Positions 39,828-47,059 of a stretch of DNA of 64,000 bases are shown here, piece after piece. The notes under the pieces were generated by a model, which searched no databases, had not been told where the DNA came from, and saw nothing but the letters and a program-made list of their open reading frames with translations. Position numbers and translations under genes: made by a program. This DNA comes from an uncultured Pelagibacteraceae bacterium. GTDB taxonomy: Bacteria; Pseudomonadota; Alphaproteobacteria; Pelagibacterales; AG-422-B15. The stretch covers positions 19,356-83,355 of the forward strand of contig CABYGA010000001.1 of assembly GCA_902518415.1 (NCBI GenBank), in the 5' to 3' direction. Within the stretch, counting starts at the first letter, position 1, and each line of letters begins with the position of its first letter.

Positions 39828-39918
39828 AGAAAAATTATCCTCTAATTTTAGGCTCATGAATTGGAAAGCGTGTATGCGGATGACCGTATCGTGGGTTCGA
39901 ATCCCATCCTTTCCGCCA
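39828..39918 (+). repeat. att-like repeat copy 3: 33-nt flank plus 58-nt tRNA-Ser 3' fragment
   Basis: 39861-39918 matches 35886-35943 at 57/58 (A instead of G at 39880). Confidence 0.9.
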
Positions 39919-40038
39919 AAATAAATTGATTTCAATTTTTTTAAAGCAAGAAATATTTCAATTGATAGGTTAAGTGTCATATATTTGTAGTAAAATTTGA
40001 TATTGAAAGAGCTAATATTTCTTGATAAAGAAAAAAGT

Positions 40039-40386
40039 ATGAAAAACATATTGCCAATAATACTCTTCGTCTTTTTTATTCCTCTCGCAGCATCATCAGC
40101 TACTTGGGAAAATTGGAAAAAAGAGACTACTGAAATTTCTGAGGGTATTAAACAAACCATAAAAACTTTTTCATCTGGTCGCACTGAAACCACATACGAG
40201 ATAAAAGTCAAAGTTAGGGGAAGAGATGTTTGGGTTGATGCCATTGAAATAAATGGCACCTATGAAATCTCTGAGAAAGGCGAGCAGCAAATCGAAAGAC
40301 AAGAGTCGGGCAATGTTACTGGTCAAAGTTCTGGTAGTGGAGGTAGTAGTGGCGGTAGTAGTGGCGGCAGTGGCGGCGGCTGTTAA
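40039..40386 (+). CDS. small secreted protein with C-terminal Gly/Ser repeat ending in Cys
   Basis: Start moved to the ATG at 40039 (MKNILPIILFVFFIPLAASSA signal peptide). The C-terminus is QSSGSGGSSGGSSGGSGGGC, encoded by a 12-nt-periodic repeat at 40327-40380. Confidence 0.55.
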   Translation: MKNILPIILFVFFIPLAASSATWENWKKETTEISEGIKQTIKTFSSGRTETTYEIKVKVRGRDVWVDAIEINGTYEISEKGEQQIERQESGNVTGQSSGSGGSSGGSSGGSGGGC

Positions 40387-41340
40387 TCAACTCTTACAAA
40401 CTTCAACCTCATTAATACTTTCATAATTTAAGCTTGATGTTTTAAAATGCCTTTTGTCACTAGATAAACGAAGCGAATCTTTCAATTCTCCAACAAGAAT
40501 TTTATCAAATATATTTAACAATCGCTGATCACAAGCAAATAAAAAAAATGGTTTTGCAACATTTTCATGTAATTTTTCATTATTCTCTTCATAACCCCAA
40601 TAAGGAGGATAAATAATTAACGTTTTTTTTGAATCAAAATTACTTAATACGTCTCTTATTTGATCAATTATTTTTGACATAGATAATTGAAGTTCCTCAT
40701 CATCTATGCTTAAGAATTGTTTAAGATTCGATTGTCTAACATCATTTGTGATTGTAAAAAATTTACCCTCAACCATTCCTTTAAGGATAATTAAATCATA
40801 GATAAATGGAGATTTTAAAACATCATAAATATTTTTTTCATTAAGAGGTACAAAATCTTCAACTTTCCATCCAGGTTGTATTCTAAAAATATCTGTTCCA
40901 TAATTAAAGCCTAATACTATATCACTTTTATAATTAATTTTGGTTTCATTCATATCTCTGAGTTTTTCAGTAACTTGAAAAGGACCATTATTCGGTGCAG
41001 CATATAGAACAAGATTTTTATTTGGAAAAATTTCAGCAATATCATGAATTGTATCAGAATCTTTACTTGACCAATCAATCCCTAGAATTTGACTATCACC
41101 AAAAACGTGAACTTTACTTGAGTCATGTTCAGAGTTGACATTTATTAACCTTGCACCGTTTTCATCAGTTTCTATATGTATTTCTCCATCTCCTTTACTA
41201 AAGCAAAACTTTAAAGTTTCAGGTAGATAAACAATTTTTCCATTAGAAGCGTAAGGAATAAAGCTGAAACACTCAGCATATGAATTACATGCTAAGATAA
41301 AAAATAGTATTAAAATTTTGTATAAATAACTTAATATCAT
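40387..41340 (-). CDS. secreted SGNH/GDSL-family hydrolase-like protein
   Basis: Signal peptide, block I VHVFGDSQILG, block III-like AAPNNG, and a C-terminal DKRH (DxxH); 317 aa. Confidence 0.6.
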   Translation of the reverse strand: MILSYLYKILILFFILACNSYAECFSFIPYASNGKIVYLPETLKFCFSKGDGEIHIETDENGARLINVNSEHDSSKVHVFGDSQILGIDWSSKDSDTIHDIAEIFPNKNLVLYAAPNNGPFQVTEKLRDMNETKINYKSDIVLGFNYGTDIFRIQPGWKVEDFVPLNEKNIYDVLKSPFIYDLIILKGMVEGKFFTITNDVRQSNLKQFLSIDDEELQLSMSKIIDQIRDVLSNFDSKKTLIIYPPYWGYEENNEKLHENVAKPFFLFACDQRLLNIFDKILVGELKDSLRLSSDKRHFKTSSLNYESINEVEVCKS

Positions 41341-41345
41341 AAGTA

Positions 41346-42119
41346 ATGTTCAAAATCGTAAATTTTAAAAAAAGAAATGTCAAAGGATTACCTTTACAAA
41401 AAGTTTGTTTAGACTTCGCATTAGCAGAATTTTCATCAGCTATCGAAATGCTATATGCAAGTAAAAAAGTTGATAATCCAAATTTAGCAATTGGATTTTT
41501 GAAGCATAGTTTAGACGAATATCGTCATACAAATTTTTTTAAAAAGCTAATTGTAGAAAGTGACAAATCTAATTCAAAAGAGGTGTTAAAATTTGTACCC
41601 CGTCTTGTTTATAGTAAAGGATTTATAAACGAAAATAGATTCTTGTTTGATAAAATGAAAATTAATGAGTTTTCTGTATTTATTGGAGTAAATGAGATGC
41701 AAGCTCTAAAAATATTTGAGAAGTTTAGAGACCAAAACTTACGATTAGAAGATAGTATCAAAAGAGAACTAGACAACATTATTAAAGAAGAAAGTGATCA
41801 TTCTTTAAATACTAGCAGCATTTTTATTAACAATTTATCCAACCTGATTATTGATGAAGAAAAGCATTCTAGACTTGCTTTACAATTTTCTAAAAAAAAC
41901 ATAAAAAAAATGAAATATAAATTATTGTACTTTAAATATTTGATATCTAATAAACTGAGACATTTTGTTGCGAATTCTGAATTCACAAAAAAAATTTTAT
42001 CATATATTATTGTATTTTTTTTGATACTGCTTACTTTTCCACTTAAATTTGCATTAAATACGAAGACCATATCAAATGGTTTCCATTTAGATAAAAACGA
42101 TGCAAATTTAATTTTATGA
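41346..42119 (+). CDS. ferritin-like di-iron carboxylate protein with C-terminal TM helix
   Basis: ExxH motifs (LDEYRH; EESDH; DEEKH) spaced as in di-iron four-helix bundles. TM segment ILSYIIVFFLILLTFPL; 257 aa. Confidence 0.5.
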   Translation: MFKIVNFKKRNVKGLPLQKVCLDFALAEFSSAIEMLYASKKVDNPNLAIGFLKHSLDEYRHTNFFKKLIVESDKSNSKEVLKFVPRLVYSKGFINENRFLFDKMKINEFSVFIGVNEMQALKIFEKFRDQNLRLEDSIKRELDNIIKEESDHSLNTSSIFINNLSNLIIDEEKHSRLALQFSKKNIKKMKYKLLYFKYLISNKLRHFVANSEFTKKILSYIIVFFLILLTFPLKFALNTKTISNGFHLDKNDANLIL

Positions 42120-43834
42120 AAAAATATATAATTGGTATCTCAGCTTACTACCACGAAAGCTCTATAACTTTACTATCAGAAAATAAATTACTGGATTACA
42201 TTAAAGAAGAAGAAGTAACTCGAGTTAAAGGTGACTATAAATTTCCATTTCAAACACTTAAACTTATAATTAATAAATATAAAATCAAAAATTCTCAAAT
42301 TGAAGCAATTGTTTTTTATGAGAAACCTTTTCTTGGCTGGTCTGCAATAACTTATAATGCCTTATCTAGTCCAATTAAAAAATGGAAAATGGTACTTAAT
42401 CAATTTCAAAAGTTTTGGACAGGGTCCCTAAGCTTTTCTAGTGATCTATTAAAAATAATAAAAATTCCTAAAAAAAAAATATTCTATTGTCCCCATCACA
42501 TAAGCCATGCTTTAAATGGTATATATTTCACTAGTAATCAAAAAAAGAATTTTTTAATATTTGTTATTGATGGGATTGGCGATGGTGAAACGATGTCCAT
42601 TTTTAAAAAAATTAATAACGAGATTATTACAGAAAAGAAATGTGTTTATCCGCATTCTATAGGATTGTTTTATAGCACATTTACTCAATTCTTAGGCTTC
42701 AATGTTAATGAAGGAGAAAGTAAAGTTATGGGATTAGCATCATATGGAACACCTATTTTTAAAGATTTCATCCTAAACAAAATCATAAGTATAAAAAATG
42801 ATGAAATACTTATTGATGAGACTTGGTTTTCTTTTACTTCAGAACCTGAGAGATCTTACTCAGAAAAATTTGAAAATAAGTTTGGTAAACCTGGAAAATT
42901 AATAGATTATTCTGATTTTAAAAGTGACGAATTTGCAAGACTTGCAAATATAGCTGCGTCTGTTCAATCCGCAACAGAGGAACTAATTAAAATATTAATA
43001 GCTATTTTTGTAAAAAAAACATCTATCAAAAATATTATTTTCTCTGGTGGTGTGGGTTTAAATTCAAGAGTTATGCAAATAGTCAGTGAAATGAATGAAA
43101 TAGAAGAATTAACCGTACCAGCATCACCTGGAGATGCTGGCTCATCTTTGGGTGCAGCTATTTATGGAAATATGGTTTTATCTAATTTTAAATTTCCTGA
43201 ATTTGAATTGTATCCAGGTAAATTTTATAATGAAAATATACAATCTAATATATTTAAGAGATTATTTAAAAAAATTGAGTTAAATAATGGAATAGAGGAC
43301 GCTGTAGCTGACTTAATTCAAAAAGGGAATATAATTGCAACATTTATTAATCAACGTGAATTTGGTCCTAGAGCTTTAGGCTCAAGATCACTTATTTGCG
43401 CAGGTAATCAAAATAAAGTAGTCGAAAAATTAAATATAGAGATAAAAAAAAGGGAAAAGTTTAGACCTTTAGCGCCAATGATAAGAGATGAAAACTTCGA
43501 TAAATATTTTTCATGTGCAAATAATTCTAAACACAATTTACTCTGGATGGGAATGACAGTTGATGTAAAAGAGGAAATGATTAATAAATACCCTAAAGCT
43601 GTTCATATAGATCATACGTCAAGAGTACAAATTATTAATAAGTATAATGATTTATTTTATTCGTTACTTTTAAAGTTAGAGCAAAAAGATGTTGATATAT
43701 TGATTAATACGTCATTTAACATTGCAGGTGACCCCATGGTTTTTGATTTCGTTGACTGTTATACAAATATGAAAAGAATGGATATACAATATTTACTTGC
43801 TGATAATGGGCTTTATAAAATTAATAGTATATGA
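42116..43834 (+). CDS. NodU/CmcH-family carbamoyltransferase
   Basis: 572 aa. N-terminus IIGISAYYHESSITLL, CPHHISHALNG, GGVGLNS, FGPRALGSRSLI, all hallmarks of the family. Its ATG overlaps the upstream stop (ATGA). Confidence 0.88.
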   Translation: MKKYIIGISAYYHESSITLLSENKLLDYIKEEEVTRVKGDYKFPFQTLKLIINKYKIKNSQIEAIVFYEKPFLGWSAITYNALSSPIKKWKMVLNQFQKFWTGSLSFSSDLLKIIKIPKKKIFYCPHHISHALNGIYFTSNQKKNFLIFVIDGIGDGETMSIFKKINNEIITEKKCVYPHSIGLFYSTFTQFLGFNVNEGESKVMGLASYGTPIFKDFILNKIISIKNDEILIDETWFSFTSEPERSYSEKFENKFGKPGKLIDYSDFKSDEFARLANIAASVQSATEELIKILIAIFVKKTSIKNIIFSGGVGLNSRVMQIVSEMNEIEELTVPASPGDAGSSLGAAIYGNMVLSNFKFPEFELYPGKFYNENIQSNIFKRLFKKIELNNGIEDAVADLIQKGNIIATFINQREFGPRALGSRSLICAGNQNKVVEKLNIEIKKREKFRPLAPMIRDENFDKYFSCANNSKHNLLWMGMTVDVKEEMINKYPKAVHIDHTSRVQIINKYNDLFYSLLLKLEQKDVDILINTSFNIAGDPMVFDFVDCYTNMKRMDIQYLLADNGLYKINSI

Positions 43835-43983
43835 TTAGGATTATTGAAATATTCTTGCATGTCAAAAAAAGACTTTCTCTGTTTCAGAGTATAATTATTC
43901 TAATTATTTCAATAATTGCAATTTTGGCCTTATTAATCAAAGCTCTCACATTTTTCTTGCCATTCACTTATGTAGCTTTTTAA
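43831..43983 (+). CDS. 50-aa hydrophobic micro-ORF translationally coupled to the carbamoyltransferase
   Basis: ATG at 43831 overlaps the carbamoyltransferase TGA (ATGA). Encodes MIRIIEIFLHVKKRLSLFQSIIILIISIIAILALLIKALTFFLPFTYVAF, with one clear TM. Below the ORF-track size cut-off. Confidence 0.3.
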   Translation: MIRIIEIFLHVKKRLSLFQSIIILIISIIAILALLIKALTFFLPFTYVAF

Positions 43984-44002
43984 TTAATTTTAACTGTGTA
44001 TG

Positions 44003-44185
44003 TTACAATCCACCAGTGACAAGACCTACAAAGCCGAGTATCAGCCATAAAACGAGCATAGCCTTTTCATCAAACTTTTTTGTACTTTCAATTCCTTTAA
44101 TTTGCTTTCTAGCGAATAAGGTTAGAAGCAATATAAGGACTATCAGATATACAATAGTAAATGCCATAAGTGATAAGTGTAGCAA
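44003..44185 (-). CDS. 60-aa two-TM membrane protein, unknown
   Basis: ORF with two hydrophobic helices separated by a basic loop. No family recognised. Confidence 0.35.
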   Translation of the reverse strand: MLHLSLMAFTIVYLIVLILLLTLFARKQIKGIESTKKFDEKAMLVLWLILGFVGLVTGGL

Positions 44186-44216
44186 GTAAGAAATAATTGT
44201 ATATAAAATATATATA

Positions 44217-45419
44217 ATGAAATTTTTTAGACATTCTTCCTCGCTTTTAGTGATAGTAGGTGGATGTGTTCTTTTATTAGTATCATTTGGAATAAGACAC
44301 TCATCTGGATTGTATTTAATTCCTATTTCAGACCATATACAAACTGGAAGAGAAGTGTTTGGTTTCGCTATTGCTATTCAATTCCTTATGATTGGGATTG
44401 GATCCCCAATCTTTGGAGCAATTGCTGACAAATATGGTTCATCTATTGCAGGTCTGTACGGAGCAATATTTTTTTTAATTGGTCTATACATGATGTCTCT
44501 TGTTGAAGGGTCGTGTCTATTGATAGTTTCGCAAGTGGTCTTTGGATTTGGTTGCGCTGGGTGTGGAACGGCAGTAATTCTTGGAGCTGTAGGTAAAGCA
44601 GTTACAGGAAAATACCAAACGTTGTCATTGGGTATTGTAATGGCTGCAGGTTCTTTGGGGCAATTTATAATTGTACCACTATCAGGATTTATGATCGAAG
44701 CAACTGATTGGCAAAAATCAATTGTCTACCTTTGTTTTATATCCTTAATAATGATTTTATTTGCTTTAACTCTAACAAAATCTTCCTTTAATTCAGGAAA
44801 GGATGATCAAGTTGCTCAATCATTATCATCTGTACTCAATGAAGCTTTTGTAAATAAAAGCTATGTGTTGTTAACAGTTGGTTTTTTTGTATGTGGTTTT
44901 CATGTTTCATTTGTAGCAACCCATTTACCAGCTTATTTGACCGACCTCTCATTACCTTTGTGGATTGGTTCTTGGTCGCTCGCTTTGATTGGTTTATTCA
45001 ATGTTTTTGGGACATTATATTTTGGTCATTTAGGTGATCAAAATTCTAAAAAAAATCTTCTAGTTATTTTATACACACTTCGTGCACTTTTATTCTTAGT
45101 ATTTATTTTTCTTCCTAAAACTGAGATCACAGTACTAATTTTTGCTGCATTACTGGGTATTCTTTGGCTGTCAACTGTTCCTCTTACCAGTGGTATTATT
45201 TCTGTAATTTTTGGGACCAAATATATGTCTATGCTGTATGGCTTTACATTCCTTTCACATCAAGTTGGTTCATTTATGGGCTCTTGGTTTGGAGGTCGTT
45301 TTTATGATTTTTATGGTTCATATGATATCATGTGGTGGGTATGTGTATTTCTTGGTTTTGTATCTGCATTGATGCATTTTCCAATTACTGAAAAACCAAT
45401 CAAAAGAAAAATTGCTTAA
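44217..45419 (+). CDS. MFS transporter
   Basis: 400 aa with ~12 TM and an MFS loop motif (GAIADKYGS). Confidence 0.8.
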   Translation: MKFFRHSSSLLVIVGGCVLLLVSFGIRHSSGLYLIPISDHIQTGREVFGFAIAIQFLMIGIGSPIFGAIADKYGSSIAGLYGAIFFLIGLYMMSLVEGSCLLIVSQVVFGFGCAGCGTAVILGAVGKAVTGKYQTLSLGIVMAAGSLGQFIIVPLSGFMIEATDWQKSIVYLCFISLIMILFALTLTKSSFNSGKDDQVAQSLSSVLNEAFVNKSYVLLTVGFFVCGFHVSFVATHLPAYLTDLSLPLWIGSWSLALIGLFNVFGTLYFGHLGDQNSKKNLLVILYTLRALLFLVFIFLPKTEITVLIFAALLGILWLSTVPLTSGIISVIFGTKYMSMLYGFTFLSHQVGSFMGSWFGGRFYDFYGSYDIMWWVCVFLGFVSALMHFPITEKPIKRKIA

Positions 45420-45559
45420 GCAAATATTAAATTTATTAATTATTTTATTGATTCTATTACTAAATAAGTTTTCCACTTATCCACAAGTTAAGAAATACAA
45501 ATAATTTTTTTTTTATTTAATAATTCTTTTTAATAAATTAATATTTTTTTATCGGAACA

Positions 45560-45660
45560 ACAAAGATCGAAAGCCTTTCGGGGAGTTTGTTCAGAGTTAG
45601 TCCGGAATTTCGGGGCGATATGGAGACCTTTCGGGGTATTTGTAGCGCCCCGTTTTTTTT
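45560..45660 (+). promoter_or_regulatory. G+C-rich structured leader (unclassified riboswitch/attenuator candidate) upstream of LysE-family gene
   Basis: 44 of 82 nt are G+C in 45571-45652 (my count), against AT-rich flanks. TTTCGGGG occurs three times (45576, 45608, 45629). It ends in a terminator hairpin plus T8. Confidence 0.45.
45611..45660 (+). terminator. intrinsic terminator-like hairpin within the leader
   Basis: CGGGGCG (45611-45617) pairs with CGCCCCG (45646-45652) and is followed directly by TTTTTTTT (45653-45660). It lies 35 nt before the LysE-family ATG at 45696. Confidence 0.5.
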
Positions 45661-45695
45661 GTGCTTTGCGTCTAAAAATCGGATACAAATTTCAT

Positions 45696-46322
45696 ATGTT
45701 TTTAGACTTTACCCTTCTTTATTTTTTTATTCCTTTGTTTTTTGTTATTTCTATAACTCCAGGTCTTTGCATGACTCTTGCTTTAACTATGGGTATTACC
45801 ATTGGCCTTAAAAATACGATGAAGATGATGGTTGGGGAACTCATAGGCGTACTAATTGTTGCTGGAAGTGCAGTTATTGGTGGTGGGGCTATCATTTCGT
45901 CATATCCAATGACATTTCTCTTTTTTAAATATGGAGGAGGAATTTATTTGATGTTTGTAGGCTATCAAATGTTCAATTCAAGAGGATCATTAGCATTAAA
46001 CTTAGACGGAACACATTCTTTTGAGATTAATTTTTTAAAGTTAGCAAGTAAGGGATTTATTACCGCTGTTGCCAACCCTAAGGGATGGGCTTTTTTTATT
46101 GCTATGGTACCCGCATTTATCAATTATGACTTAGCGCTCATGCCTCAGATGTCAGCATTGGTTGTCATAATTTTAATAATAGAATTCATATCTTTGATGA
46201 TTTACGCAACTGGCGGACAGATGCTTGGTATTATCTTGAAGAAACAAAAAAATATTCAATCAATAAATCGTTTAGCTGGTTTACTAATGGTAGGCGTTGG
46301 GATTTGGTTAGCTCTTAGTTAG
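45696..46322 (+). CDS. LysE/RhtB-family amino-acid exporter
   Basis: Start moved to ATG 45696 (MFLDFTLLYFFIPLFFVISITPGLCMTL, matching the family N-terminus with its PG motif). 208 aa, ~6 TM. Confidence 0.8.
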   Translation: MFLDFTLLYFFIPLFFVISITPGLCMTLALTMGITIGLKNTMKMMVGELIGVLIVAGSAVIGGGAIISSYPMTFLFFKYGGGIYLMFVGYQMFNSRGSLALNLDGTHSFEINFLKLASKGFITAVANPKGWAFFIAMVPAFINYDLALMPQMSALVVIILIIEFISLMIYATGGQMLGIILKKQKNIQSINRLAGLLMVGVGIWLALS

Positions 46323-47054
46323 ACTCTGTTTAAAAAGCATCCCAGGTCCTTTTGTTGATTCATTTCCAGAACCACGAAACATATGCCATATCATCGCCTG
46401 GTTTGAAGATACAACAGGTTTATTCAGTACGCGTTCTGCTTCATCTATTATTTTAAACGTTTTCAAATTTGTGCATGAAATAAATACTGCATCACAATCA
46501 TTTTTTCCAATTTCTAATATTGCTTTCAAACTATCTCTTTCAGATATTCTTGCCACTACTGTGTCATCAGACTCATTAAATGATTTCTCGATTGATATAT
46601 TAAAATCACCACTCTGAAGATTTTGTTTGAGTTTTTGAGTTACAGATTGCTCATAAGGTGAAACAAATGCAATATTCTTGCATCCAAAGCTATTAAGCGC
46701 TTCCTTAACCGCTCTTATTGGATCTGTTATAAAAGCATTTTTATGTTGCTCTTTAATTAATTTATTTATTTTTTCAGAGCCAATTACCGTTGCACCTGAG
46801 GTACATGCATATCCAATACTGTTAAAGTCAATTTTTGGGAGTAGGTCCACTGCAATTGGTAAATCATTTTCCATTCTTGCAAGATTCTCATTATTGACAG
46901 ATTGGTCACAGGGAATCCTTGAGTGATAAATGGCAACACTCTCATCAAGTGTGCTTCTTATCTCTTGCTCAACTGTCTCATCACTTTGCAGTACGATTAA
47001 TCCAAATCTCATACTGTAATAATCTGGATCATCTAGCTTAAAATTCTTCTCCAT
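46308..47054 (-). CDS. Asp/Glu/hydantoin-racemase-superfamily protein (maleate isomerase / arylmalonate decarboxylase-like)
   Basis: 248 aa with the two catalytic-Cys contexts GYACTSGA and FISCTNL typical of this family. Confidence 0.72.
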   Translation of the reverse strand: MEKNFKLDDPDYYSMRFGLIVLQSDETVEQEIRSTLDESVAIYHSRIPCDQSVNNENLARMENDLPIAVDLLPKIDFNSIGYACTSGATVIGSEKINKLIKEQHKNAFITDPIRAVKEALNSFGCKNIAFVSPYEQSVTQKLKQNLQSGDFNISIEKSFNESDDTVVARISERDSLKAILEIGKNDCDAVFISCTNLKTFKIIDEAERVLNKPVVSSNQAMIWHMFRGSGNESTKGPGMLFKQSLTKS

Positions 47055-47059
47055 AAAAT

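Larger units (their letters stand above)
36767..39860. mobile_element. islet B: ~3.1-kb att-bounded, integrase-less insert
   Basis: Bounded by tRNA-fragment copies 2 and 3. Carries two minus-strand ORFs, and its right end is homologous to the right end of islet A. Confidence 0.5.

Noticed and set aside
40039-40386. The Gly/Ser-rich C-terminal tail resembles the Ser-rich tails of class IIb microcins, to which siderophores are attached.
   Set aside because: The protein has an ordinary Sec-type signal peptide rather than a double-glycine leader. It is 115 aa with a charged globular middle. No export, immunity or siderophore-transfer genes are adjacent.
45468-45486. A perfect DnaA box TTATCCACA preceded head-to-tail by TTTTCCACT, next to a long A/T run. 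Considered as a possible oriC or DnaA-regulated site.
   Set aside because: My rough base-composition estimate gives about 0.8 chance occurrences of the 9-mer in 64 kb on both strands. There is only one perfect box, no cluster, and no origin-linked neighbours (dnaA, dnaN, hemE, parAB). A/T runs are the background here.
45587-45811. A 74-aa ORF (TTG start) covering the leader and containing FRG motifs from the TTTCGGGG repeats. Considered as an Arg-codon leader peptide for attenuation of the LysE-family gene.
   Set aside because: It has no nearby stop. It reads through the terminator and 116 nt into the exporter gene in another frame, unlike a short leader peptide. Only two of the three repeats are in its frame.
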